In this document: positions 23,801-36,206 of the stretch, one piece after another | How positions within the stretch are numbered: the first letter of the stretch is position 1 | How the letters are laid out: each line of letters starts with the position of its first letter | Assembly: GCF_002105155.1 (NCBI RefSeq) | Contig: NW_019029017.1 | Coordinates: 1 to 64,000, forward strand | Length of the DNA: 64,000 nucleotides | Direction of reading: 5' to 3' | Source of the DNA: Lobosporangium transversale | Lineage: Eukaryota | The notes under the pieces: generated by a model | Told to the model about the DNA's origin: nothing | Database searches by the model: none | The model's input: only the letters and a program-made list of their open reading frames with translations | Position numbers and translations under genes: made by a program

Positions 23801-25270
23801 TAACCCAGGCACAACCAAAGATGATGTCTTGCTACAAATAATCAGCTCTGGAAAATCCGAGGTAGCGTCCAATTTGGCTTATTCGTCTAGCACCGATGTG
23901 TTATTAGACACCCAACAATACAAAAACATAAAATACACATTCAAGCTGAAATTTTCTCTGATATTTGATATCTGATATAGGGCAAGAAACGTAAAGCCAT
24001 GTACCAGTGTCAATCACCTCATGTCGCCGGAAAGAAAGATGAACCGAGATATAACAAAGCAATTTTAGAGCAGGTAAGAAGATGTCATTTTTTTGAGCTT
24101 TTGTGGGATCCTGTGCACTCTGTCGGGTCGACTAAAGTCATTTATTTCCATCTAATACAGCTCAAGATTCTTATGGGCTATTATGAAGATAATCAGACAA
24201 AGGATAACAAATATCACTTCAAGGTCATCAACTACCGCAAAGCCATCACAGCAATCCGTGCACTCGATTATGAGATCACATCAGAAGAGATGGCTCGCAA
24301 AATACCACGTGTTGGCAAGAAGATTGCACAAAAGATTGGGGAGTGTGTTTCGTTGGGTCGAATCAAGAAACTAGACCATCTGGATTGGGATCAGGAGCGT
24401 TTAAAGGTGGAAACTCTCTTCAGGAGTGTGTATGGTGTGGGGGCCGAGAAGGCTTTGGAGTGGTATAACAAAGGCTTGCGTACGCTCGATGACCTCCGCA
24501 AACTGCCAGATTTAACCAAAAACCAAATATCTGGACTTCATTACTACGACGTAAGTAGAAAACTCGGATACTCTAAACTGGCCTTACTTTTTTTCTTTGA
24601 AAACTTCACTCTTTTAGGCTAACAGTTGTACCTGTTCGTTTGAAAATGGATCTCTTAGGATTTGCAAAAGAGAATCCCGCGAGCAGAGGTTGAAGAAATA
24701 GGCAAAGTAGTCGAATCAGCTGCCAAGAAGCTCCATCCAGACATCCAATCCCAAGTCACCGGATCCTATCGCCGTGGCAAACCCGACTGTGGTGACATCG
24801 ATATTGTTGTTGCTCGTCCAGATATTGATACGGGTGAAGAACTCTTCCTGATTATGGAGCACATCTTAAATGAACTTATCATTCAAGGATTTCTGGTTGA
24901 TCATCTCTCCCTACCGACGTGGTCAGACGATATGGCCAATGCTCCTAAGCACTTCAAGTACATGGGCATTTGCAAGCTGCCTGGGAAAGGATCTGTTCAT
25001 CGCCATATTGATATCCTTGTAGTGCCTTGGATACACTTGGGTGCAGCCCTGCTTTATTTCACCGGGAACGACATCTGCAACAGAAGCATGCGGTTGTTGG
25101 CAGCGAACCGTGGTATGCGACTCAGCGATAAGGGACTATTTACTGGTGTCATGAGAGGTCCAAAACGCAAGAGGTTGAATGAGGGGACGTGGGTGGCAGG
25201 ACGTACTGAAAGAGAGATCTTTGACTATCTTGGAATCAATTATCTGGAGCCATTTGAACGAGAGTGTTAG
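20872..25270 (+). CDS. DNA polymerase family X, lambda-like (BRCT + CCHC knuckle + lyase + nucleotidyltransferase)
   Basis: Exons about 20872-23115, 23214-23501, 23580-23861, 23981-24072, 24161-24550, 24659-25270. BRCT (THIVT...VNRDWLSDSI), HhH IPRVGKKIAQKI, VYGVG, RIPRAEV, GSYRRGKPDCGDIDIV, RHIDIL, YFTGNDICNRSMR, TEREIFDYLG. Confidence 0.93.
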
Positions 25271-26038
25271 CTCTTTTTTTTTTTTTTTTTTTTTTCTTTC
25301 TTTCTTTTTCTTTTTTTATATTTGTCGTTTCCAGCGCTTGTTTTTCGTTTTCTAGCATCCAACTGTACCACTGTATCATTTTATAACTTCTTTATATTCG
25401 CTGTGCCATAATTGGTTCTCTGTACACTGTAATAAAGTTCGCGAAGGAACATTACTTCCTCTCGCTCTCTTGTTCTCCTCATTCTTTTCAGCTCTTACTG
25501 CCTGTTGTTGCCGTAGCAAACATGGTGAGGAGCGCCTATCCAAAAGCGATATTGATCATGCGTTGGGCTTTCTCGGGCTAGATGCGCGTAAGCAGCATTG
25601 GATTTGACGTCGACTTCATTATGGATCCCCACTGCCAGATATATGTATTTGCAGGGAATTCTATGTCTATGATGGCTGAGGCATGGATATGGCAGGAGAG
25701 CACTGTTGCCAGTGCCCCAGTAATAGAGGCTTCTCTCAGCATTGGAAATGATTTGATCATCGATTGAAGGGGTAGCAAGGGTTAGAATACCATGTACTTT
25801 ACCTGGTAAATATCTAGGCCCAAGGAGAGCTTCCTAAAGAAACTGGCATCTGCCGGGTTTACTGCTAAAGCTTCATACACGGAAGTATAAGCTGGCCACA
25901 ATGTAACTTATTCCTGGGATGATAGACAGTCACATCGACAACGTGTTTTGAGAGGAATATGTGCTATTTGTATATTGTTATTTAAACACAAACAAACGCC
26001 CCCCTAGAGGCGCACCTTTTCACCACAGAACCTGTGCC

Positions 26039-28495
26039 ATGTTTAACATTCCTGGATTCAACGTCGGCAATCTAGTTGTCGAAGCTCCAAATGAACAGCT
26101 AAGGAAGCGCAAGCATGGGGCTATCGCCACAATAGCTACCACAACAACCACTACCACTAGCACTGTCGCTACACCCACTACGACCAGCGCTAGCACCTCC
26201 AATCCAGCTTCAGCAACTAGATCGACCACATATGCAGGATCTGCCATGAAGAGTGCGCCGTCGACGTCCAATACCCCACCTGGCAATAAAAGATTCAAGA
26301 AGGATAACAATAAAAAGATGCGATCATCTACCTTCGATTCTTTCAAGTCAAGCATTGCCCCAGATCAAGGACAAGAACAGGTACAAGCATCAGAGCCAGT
26401 ACTATTAAAGGATCGTGCGTCGTGGAACCGGTCCACGAAGGCCTTGCGCAAGGCGAAAGTAGAGGAAGAAAATGCAAAGAGAAAGGAAGCAATAGCTGAC
26501 AAAAAGAAAATTATCCATTCGATCTCGGGACGTCCTGCAGTAGCGGTTGAATTGCTTTTACAAGGAGAGGTAGATTTGGGGGATATTACTGGTACATCAG
26601 GAAACACTCATAGTGATAAAGTTAGCCGCAGTGGTAATACGAAAGATATAGAAATGACAGATATCGCAACAACACCAGATATGAAGAGTGATCAGGTCAA
26701 GAAACGCAATAAGCGATTGGAACGAAAAATTAAGAAAGCAGCATACATCGCGGCAATTGAATCTATGAAGGAGCAAAAGAGCGGAGACCTAGCCATGAAG
26801 AAAGAACCATCAGAAAGTTCAAAGACTAAGGGTCAAAGTGAGGGTGGTGATGGTGATGATAGGAAAAAGAAACAGGAACAAGAAAAGGCTGGTCCACTTC
26901 ATCCTGAACTGGTCAAGCTCTCGCAAAAGGAAAAGAGACTGCTGAAGGAGTTCCAGGAGAAACAACGAGAGCAGGGCATTGATCTTGTTGCTGTGGCTTC
27001 TGATAAACTTTTGAAAGCCAAAAACAAGGCGGCAACAGCAGCCGCTGCTATAGCCACGAACGTAAAGGCGATGAAACAAAATAATAATGTCGGCGCTATC
27101 AAGGGCAAACAGGATAAGAGAGAGGCCAAGATAGCAAGTAACAAGGGAAATGATGAAAAACAGAACACAAAGAAGGTTGCTAGAGCAGCAATCACTAAAG
27201 AGACAAAAGTGAACCAAAAGAGTGATAGTGAGATTTCAAAAAAGCAGCAGCAACTTGCCAAAGAAAGAGAGAAACTCCTCGAGGTAAGACCCGGTTGATA
27301 TTACTGTATAGACTTCCATCATCCGTTCAGTATATATTGTTTTCTTTAGTCTGCCTTACCTAACTTACAATTATACATACACTTTTCTTTTTTTCTTTTT
27401 TTTTTTTTTTTTTTCGCTCCACTTTATACTGCTCAGGCTCTCAACCGTACAAACAATGCCTTGGCTGAATTGCAGGACTCCCTTGGCGATGGTGAGGATG
27501 AGACACCCATGAAAAAAAAGGATGTCAAACTTGCAGTTCTGGGAAATAAGGGTGAGAAAAAAGATAAAGCAACAGTTGTAACAAAAGCGATATCAAATCC
27601 TCAAGTATCAGCAACATCATCAGCGTCTGCAAAGCAGCCAAAGTTGACAAAGCTTCAAGAACAGATGAAGAAGACGCTAGCAGGAGGAAAATTCCGTTTC
27701 TTGAACGAACAACTTTACACGACAACAGGAGAAGAAGCTTTTACGTTATTCCAATCAAAGCCCGAGCTGTTTGACGAATACCATGAAGGGTTCAGAGCTC
27801 AAGTCGAGTCCTGGCCTCAAAATCCAGTCGATATTTTTATTGCAGATTTGCAAAAAATGCCCAAGGATACAGTCATTGCTGATCTAGGCTGCGGTGATGC
27901 ACAAATCTCGAAAGAATTAGAACGAACCAAGCATAAGAATGTGCTCTCGTTTGATTTGGTAGCCAAGAATGATCATGTCACTGCCTGTGATATTGCTCAT
28001 TTGCCATTAGAGGATACGACTGTGGATGTGGCGATCTTTTGTTTGAGTTTGATGGGTACTGATTTCTTGAAGTTCTTGAAGGAGGCCTACAGAGTACTGA
28101 AACCCAAGTAAGGTTCATTCTCCTCTTTTTCTTCTTTCCTTATCACTGCTTTCTTTTGTTGTTATTGAAAATCCCCTAACGTCAAACAAACAAACAAAAA
28201 CTTATATAGTGGTCAACTCAGGATTGCAGAGGTCATTAGCCGGTTTACAGATGTAGATGCATTTGTGGCAGCGCTTAAAGCCCTGGGATTTGAGCTCAAG
28301 CATTTAGATTCATCCAACAAGATGTTTATCATGCTTGATTTTATCAAACCTGGTCCGGAAAGTGCTGGTAATGGCGCTAAGAAGGGCAAGAAAGGGAATA
28401 AGAAACAGAACAAGCGTGAAGAGCTATCTGAGGTGGGTTTAGAGGTCCTTGATGGGCCATCGTTGTTGAAACCATGCATTTACAAGAAGAGGTAA
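26039..28495 (+). CDS. RRP8: 25S rRNA adenine-N1 methyltransferase Rrp8 (nucleomethylin)
   Basis: Exons 26039-27283, 27438-28106, 28210-28495. LTKLQEQMKKTLAGGKFRFLNEQLYT, YHEGFRAQVESWPQNPVD, IADLGCG, IFCLSLMGT, IAEVISRF, C-terminal LKPCIYKKR. Lys-rich N-terminus. Confidence 0.94.
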
Positions 28496-28818
28496 AGATT
28501 CCATGGAGCCAGCAGGCATTATAAATGATATTTCTGAGAATCGACTAAAGCCTTTATCGCATGATCAGGATATTCCCTCAGTAATAAGTTTTGACAGACA
28601 GCTTCTAGATAGATCTAATTTTTGTTATTATTATTACTGCCATTATTTCCTTTACATCTTTTATTTTATCACTTTTATCATTTGCATCTCCATTACATTG
28701 TTTACACCTTTGTCGTCATTCAAGTATTAAAGTATTAAAAGCAATAGATTTTCCACAGATTCACTTTATTGGTTTATCTGTAAAATGCAGTGTTGAATCT
28801 GATGAAATGCTTTTCTCT

Positions 28819-30171
28819 TTACCAAAGAGTGTAACACCCGCCTTTACTATATGATAATGGTGTGGTAGACGAATCAGCTCTTCCTGCCCTTGCTTCTCGT
28901 GGCGGGCTGCTGAGATGAAAAACATGCGAAAGGAACGCGTTCACCATTGTCAGCTCTGCAAGCCGCACTTCTTGCTCTGCATGCTCGAGCTTTCGTCGCA
29001 TATCACTCAATTTTTTTGTGACTTCTGTCAAAGGAGCGACCATCATTGCGGCAGCAGCATCATAGATGCTGTCCTTCCTAAGATCCACGCCATCTTCTTG
29101 TTCACAGCCTTTTACGCACTTTGTAGGGTTGCTTGATTGAGCCCATTCCACACGACCATGTAGTTTTGAGTCTCCCATGAAAGAAATCTGAGCAGACCGC
29201 TTAGTCGTGGTACAACGATTGATAGAAGTAGCAATAATAGCGGTAGATGTAGTAGACGTATTTATATGGCCATTAAGACTGTCTGAAGCGATACCCATTT
29301 GATCAACCGTATTGACATGATCATCAATTCTGTCAACAGAAATGATATGTTGAGAATATTGTCCAACCGGATCCAATCCTGCATCAGGAGCTTGCTTAGA
29401 GGCTTCATAGTTAATGGACGAAGAAGGCCATAATAACAATACAGTAAATAACGAGGATTCCATTGTTGGGATGCACGCCGGCGGTGGAGGGGTGGGTAGC
29501 GGCAGAGAGTGAGAATGAAGATTAGGATGAGGATGTTGCTTTCTTGGCAACGGACTGGATGGCCTTAGTGATTCTATGGCCTTGTATGGATTGATGCAAT
29601 GGACCGATGATATCGCTGAATATTGTGTTTGTCTTGACTGAGCAAGGTTTTTCAAAAAACGAAATTTCCAGCCAGGTGAATCATCTTTGATAGGTTGGAT
29701 CCTTTTGTTCTTGGTCTCCAATTCGGTACTCATAGTATTCATTCTTCTTAAATCCCAAGTTCTGTGACAGGAGTCCCGATCTGACAGATAGTGTGTATCC
29801 ATTCGACTCTTGGATGGGAGACGACATTCTTCAAAGGATGGATTGCGGTCAGGATCATGATAGCGAACTGGTTGCTGTCGAACGTGGATAACATCGTGAT
29901 GCTCTTTGGAGATATCGGACAATACGGGCGTAGCGAGTGTTCTCTCTAATAGCTCTTTTGAAAATTGTGGGAGGGACTGAGGGTGTTGCTGTTGGTGATA
30001 TTGTGGTGGTGACGGTCTAGTCAGAGAGTTAGGATTGAAGATCGCTTCATAATACTGTTGACGAGAGATGGCATCGCATTGAATAGCGTGGTTCAAGATG
30101 AGCTTGGATGTTTGTAATGCAAGTGCTGAATAATACATAGTGTGTGCAGTATTACTGATGAAGTAATCCAT
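28819..30171 (-). CDS. Hypothetical single-exon protein with C-terminal short coiled coil
   Basis: About 450-aa ORF from the ATG at 30171. LTEVTKKLSDMRRKLEHAEQEVRLAE coiled coil. No family recognised. Confidence 0.5.
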   Translation of the reverse strand: MDYFISNTAHTMYYSALALQTSKLILNHAIQCDAISRQQYYEAIFNPNSLTRPSPPQYHQQQHPQSLPQFSKELLERTLATPVLSDISKEHHDVIHVRQQPVRYHDPDRNPSFEECRLPSKSRMDTHYLSDRDSCHRTWDLRRMNTMSTELETKNKRIQPIKDDSPGWKFRFLKNLAQSRQTQYSAISSVHCINPYKAIESLRPSSPLPRKQHPHPNLHSHSLPLPTPPPPACIPTMESSLFTVLLLWPSSSINYEASKQAPDAGLDPVGQYSQHIISVDRIDDHVNTVDQMGIASDSLNGHINTSTTSTAIIATSINRCTTTKRSAQISFMGDSKLHGRVEWAQSSNPTKCVKGCEQEDGVDLRKDSIYDAAAAMMVAPLTEVTKKLSDMRRKLEHAEQEVRLAELTMVNAFLSHVFHLSSPPREARAGRADSSTTPLSYSKGGCYTLW

Positions 30172-31179
30172 CGCGTCAAAACTACGCTGAAACGATTGAT
30201 TGGAGAGGAGGATGTTGAATAGTATAGTTGAATGCCACAAGGTGTTTTGATACCATTCAAGTGGTTTCCTTTTTATACGAGTGTGGCGATATCTAACCGA
30301 TATTGAAAATTGTGGGCCGTCAAGTCTTACCTCTCCCGTTGAAAAGAAAGAAAGAGTGAAGAAAAGCCTTATGGTGTAAAATCCTCAGAGGAGGAATGGA
30401 AAGGATTGCTTCTCATTGATTTAGGACACAGCACGCTTTGTTTTGTTCAGTCTTTTCCACTGATCACCGAAACGGTCGATTGTGCGAAAATGTCCACAGA
30501 ACATCTATGCTTTGGCTGTATCGGAATTGAGGGATGATAATACAGTTGGCATGCAAGCCTGTGTTTGTCCCACATGCTGCGCTGTATCGCTGTATCAATG
30601 GACCTTTTATTTCCTTTCTTGCTGAATGAACACATGCATGTGTATGTAATGTCTAGACTGATGGGTCCAAGTTCTGTATGAAGTAATCAGGCTATAAAAA
30701 TAAATGAAAAGTTGTCTCTTATGATATATCTTTTGGTACATCGTCATTTGTCCTTTCTTTGCAAAAAGCATTATTCCGGAAAAGGGGATGGAACATGGGC
30801 AAGAAGGGGTCAAAACGCGCTTGTCTCTCTTACTTGGCGAGATGACAACACAACAAGAAGAGCACTGTTGGGTTGATGAATAAAGAATAAAGTGTTATTG
30901 GTGAGAAACATTGAGCAGGAAAGCCAATCAGATTTCTCATCCTGGTCAATGATATATTAAAATAAAAGATAAAATAAGATGAGACAATTGGAGCCATGGC
31001 TGGGAATAGTTAAAGTTTCCAGCAGTGTGTTTGTGTTTGAAAAATGAGACGATTAAGCATCCCCCCATCCAGACCAGGAATTTTTTTTTTTTTCTTTGTC
31101 CTTGATTGATTGAATCCCTCATCATTCATCCTCCATTCCCCATTGCCTCCCTCATCTTTTCTTCTTCAGTATTCTCTCT

Positions 31180-34100
31180 ATGAATCCCGATAGGGACGAG
31201 GTATTATTATAAAAATGAAAAAAAGAAAAGAAAATAAACGAAATATTAACACCACCCAACAACCTTTGTTCTTCTCTTTTTTTCCCTCTACACCCTTTTA
31301 CACAAACCTTTCATTAACCCCTTTCACTAACTGACTCCACTTTTCTCTCTCTCTCTTCTTCTTTCGCCATGCCTATGTCCGTCTTCCATTTCATCCTCGT
31401 GAATAACCATCCTTCTTCTCTCTCTTCCCTCATCTCAGTCGACTGTCGTTGACCTTGCAACCATCAACGCCCAAGGTCAACAGCGTTACCATCAGAATCA
31501 GTCACAACAACAACCTCGACAACCTGGTGCTGACGTCCATATCATTGATTCTTCAGCATCAACTGGCGCTGCTCGTAATTCCAACACCCAGACCAGAAAC
31601 AATGTTAACAAAGAGCCCGTGAAAAAGGATTGCCCCCGTCATGCAGATGGGCACCCTCCTAACCAACTGACCACACGAGACCTTGGTAATAAGAGGATAG
31701 TCTCATTTTTCTTTGGATCAGACGTCGTCCTCTTTGACTCCATCATGTCCTATCGGATTGCCAATCCTGATAAGCGTGTTGAAGATGCAATCGATACATT
31801 TAGTATGTGGTTTTCATATCATATCTTTTTTAATTATATTGCATTGAGTCATGTATAAGAAGAGTACATGGGTTCCTGAGACTTAGAAGCCAATCCACAT
31901 AGGAGACAATTATATTAATCAAATAATATTTATTCATTTTTTTTTTTTTTCCGCCCGGATATTTTTGCATTCATCCTCCCTCCTTGCTCTTTAATATTTC
32001 CACCCACCTCACTGACCTGCACAACTCAATACCGAAAACCCGCATCATTTTCAACCATCATGGGATTTAGGCGAACATCAGAGCGCTGATGCATTAGCGA
32101 ATATCATCTATGAAACTCAAGCCTTTGACATGATCTTCAAATACCCTATTCCAGAGCACCTTCGCAAAGTGCCCGACAGTGCACCAGTCATCAGTCCTAA
32201 CCCAACTCTTTCTGATATTGACCTTCATTCGACCGGTAGTGCTGCTGCTGCCTATCAAGAAGAGAAATCGGAAAAGAAGCAGCGACAGCCTCAGGAAAAT
32301 GAAGAGCGATTGAAACAGGAAGAGGAACAACGGCGTTTGGAGTCCGTAAACAATGGCAACAAGGATGTGGAGGCGGCTATCAAGGATCCTAAGGTTGCAC
32401 GGGAAGAGAAATTGGAACGACATCGAATCCGGTTTAAGAAGGCATTGCTTCGAGAGAACTTGATTATTGAAGAGGAACCTGGTATTGAAGGCAATGAGAT
32501 GTACATGAAGGTCTATGCACCATTTTGGAGATTGTGTATTGAGGCTCAAAGACTGCGGTATAAAATCGAACTCTCGGTATGATATGATCTGGATTTTTTT
32601 TAGACTCAATGGACATGCAGTGCAGAGTCGTAGTACAAAATGGATATGGAGTTGTGTCTTATTGTGTTTTGGTGTCTGGCAGAGCGCCCGGAATTTCTAT
32701 AACTCCAACAGGCTCTCTTATTTATACATAATATATGGATGTTAACAATGCTCAAAAACTCTTTACATTTCCTAAATAATAGCATATCGAAAGCGACAAG
32801 GAAAAAGCTGCTGCAGAAGTTGCTGCAGCCAACCAAGCAGTGAAACGAAGTTGGTTCGGCCAATACTTCTGGCAATTGCTCCAGAGAGCTGACAACGTCA
32901 CGTTACCCCTTCGTGCCGAGTCTTTGTTATTCAAGGCCAGCAAGTTGAGACAATTTGATCTGGCTGAGAAGAATCGTAAATGGAGCGATATTGTCCGACA
33001 TGGGGGTGGTATTAAGCCTGATGGATCTGGAGTGGGCTCCAATATGGGGTCAGATGGTAAAGACGGCTTTTTTGGCACTGGACGCCGTGGCCACTTGGTA
33101 AGGCATTGCTTCTAGATCGTACAATACCATTGGATTTCTGCATAAAAGAGTGTATGGACATCCTTTTGAACTGCAGTAATACATATGCAGAAGCTAATTA
33201 TGTCTATAATCTCCTTTTTTGTATATATGTATGTCATCTGGCGCGTTTGGACTATTGGGAACGGCACTGAATAATTTGCTTCTATTTGTTCATTTTGTAT
33301 ATCAATATCGCATAACAGACAGAGAGTATCATCATCTATTGTAAGATCAGGACCAAACGCGGAGATCGCTATGCTCTCAAGTCCACTTTAGACAAGAAGG
33401 CAATCACCGACATGTATACGCTACATGATGGGTCCTACAAATCCAAGGCTAAGCCTCTTCCCAATCGTCGCACACTCCTCTACAACAGCTGGGTGCGTTC
33501 CCGTGGTCCCCAACCCCTCGAGGAAATTCGTTTCTATTTTGGTGAAAAGATTGCACTATATTTTGCATGGCTTGAGCACTACACTCGATGGCTTATTTCT
33601 GCTGCAATTGTGGGCCTCGTGTTTCTGATCTACGGACTCATCAATTACTTTTATATCAAGAAAAGTTCAGATGCGGGGGATGTTGGTGCGACATTAGTGG
33701 ATGTGTTTGACAATGCTCTAGCACTGCCCTATGCGCTATTTATGTCTATCTGGTCTGCGTTGTTTGTCGAGTATTGGAAGCGAAAGAGCAATATCTTGGC
33801 CTATCAATGGAACACCTCTGACTTTGAGAGACGTGAGAGAGCCAGACCAGAATTCAAGCCGACGGGAACTAGGGTATCCCCTGTGACCGGGAAGATGGAG
33901 CTGTATTACCCACGATACAAGCAACTCATCTCTATCCTGATCAGTATCTTGATCGTTTTGGTTTCCGTAAGTCCTCACTTTGTTCTGATATCATGTATTG
34001 TTATATATATATATATATTATTGACAAAATTTTATTTAACCGCTTCTTCTTTTCTTTCCTCTTTCGCTTTTCCTTTTACTTCAACTAGATTGCTATCGTC

Positions 34101-36049
34101 ATTGTATCCGTTGGTTCCTTAATCCTGTTCAACATTTGGTTCAGAAATTCTGGAACGCAGCGTAACCCATATGTAGTCAGTGCCGTCACTGCCATCATGA
34201 ATTTGGCTGTTATTATGTTACTTGGAACGGTAAGAAGTCTATCATTGGTCTTCTCTTGGAAGATCAAAAATAATATGAGAAATCCAGTATTCATTAGGCA
34301 CTAACACATGAAAGCTTTTATCTCAATGTCTTTTTTTCCTTCCATCTTCGTTTTTAATGATATCAAGGTCTATGCTAGACTTGCAAAGTTCTTGACTGAT
34401 AATGAGAACCATCGTCGCTTAACCCAATATGAAGGTAAAACAATTATGATAATCAGATAACACGAAAAAAAAAAAAAAAAAAAAAAAACTCTTTATTCTT
34501 TTTTCTTGACTAAAAAAAAGCACCCTTGATGCGTAAATGAATACCTTAATAATTGAGATTAATTGATTGTTTATATATTTATATAACATAGATGCACTGA
34601 CTATCAAGCGCTTTTTGTTCGACTTCGTCAACTTTTATTCCGCTTTGGTGTATATCGCCTACTTTAAAGAGAGTTTACCGGTGCGTCTGGACAAAGACAA
34701 CTATGATAAATGTTCAAGTAAATCTTGTATGGGTGATTTGACTATTCAGTTGGCGATTGTCTTTGTGGGTAAACAGTTTTTGAACCAGGTTCAGGAACTG
34801 GCTATTCCACAGCTTCAGAAATGGTGGAATCGTAAAAATGAGCTAGCAGAGAAGGCTTCGTTGAAGGGGAAATATAAGGATAGAAAGATGGTCAAGCCTC
34901 CACAATGGGCCAAGGATGATGTGTTACCCGTCTATGATTCCAGCATGTTTGAGGAGTACCGAGAGTTGGTGATCCAATTTGGATTCTGCACTCTATTTGT
35001 AGTTGCGTTCCCGATTGCACCTATCTTTGCACTTTTGAACAATATTTTAGAAATTCGTGTGGATGCTTACAAGCTTTTAACGCAGCATCGAAGACCTATT
35101 TCGCAGGCTGCTCAGGACATTGGTAAGTCAACTGTCCCTCAATCTTGAAACGTCTGAGAGAAAATTAGCTGCAAATGTAAAATTTTAATTTTTTTTTTTT
35201 TTTTTTTTTTTTTTTCGTTATAGGGAGCTGGGGTGCGATCATGATGTTGATGACGCACATTGCTGTGTTCACCAATGCCTGTCTGATCGCATTTCAGTCC
35301 AACTGGATGGAAGAAAATGTCTTCAAGAAAGTTTCCTGGTTTCCTGCCACCAGTAATAACACCCCCGTACCTGACCCCAATGCTGACACCCCTGTATCTC
35401 CGGCCGTCCGTTTGCTTTTCATTTTTATCTTTGAGGTAAATATAAGTATTCTGCGTTTGAGAATGATATTTATATTTTCATTACTAATCACCTCAACTCT
35501 TTTTTTTCTTTTTATTTATATACACTTCTTTATTGCTCTTAGCACGTTGTGTTCTTGATCAAGATTGCAGTTGCAAATTTAGTCAGCGATGTTCCTCAAA
35601 CAGTTAAGCTGGCGATTGAGCGTGAGAGCTATTACGCTCGACTGGCACTTGATGATGAAGAGCCTGCGATTGACGAAGTTCTTGAAGATCAGGAAGATGA
35701 ATCGGATCAAAGCGATGATGAGGATGACTGGCGCAAGCGATTCTTTGGTGATGACGCTGGTGATGATGCCAATTATGACGAGAAGGGAGAAGGTCCAGGT
35801 GTAGAAGGCCTTTCTCCTGAGGAAGAAGAGGAAGAGGAAGAAGAATTAAAAGCACTGATCAAGGCTGGCGGATGTGGATGTGCAGCCCATGGTGATGGTA
35901 TTGTGGGCACCTCAAAAGGAGGGTTTGAAGGAACTTGGATGAATCGGTTCAAACCCAATACTCAGTTGGCGTTGAAACGTCGTCAGCAGAGGCGACGACG
36001 CAGGCAGAATGCGAACAAGCAGCAACAGCAACAACAACAGCAACAGTAA
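31180..36049 (+). CDS. Anoctamin / TMEM16 family Ca2+-activated channel or scramblase
   Basis: About 10 exons, probable first micro-exon 31180-31200 (MNPDRDE) spliced to 31439. Motifs QPLEEIRFYFGEKIALYFAWL, EYWKRK, LTDNENHR, FLFDFVNFYSALVYIAYFK, NQVQE, FEEYRELVIQFG, NNILEIRVDAYK, AQDIGSW. Confidence 0.93.
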
Positions 36050-36206
36050 CAATCAGGCAAAAAGTGAACGATAAGGTGTGATCGATGGTGGTGCCACAAG
36101 CGTAATTCACAAAACATAATAAATTAATTAATGGTTCTTAGCTTTAATACAAAATCAGCAGTTTCATTTTTATTCAGAAAAAGAAATGGGAAAAGCACAA
36201 GATCCG

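Noticed and set aside
25520..25900. Coding-like patch between the polymerase and RRP8 (possible pseudogene relic)
   Set aside because: Only 60-66 aa ORFs with stops in all frames and no recognisable homology; it needs TBLASTX to assess.
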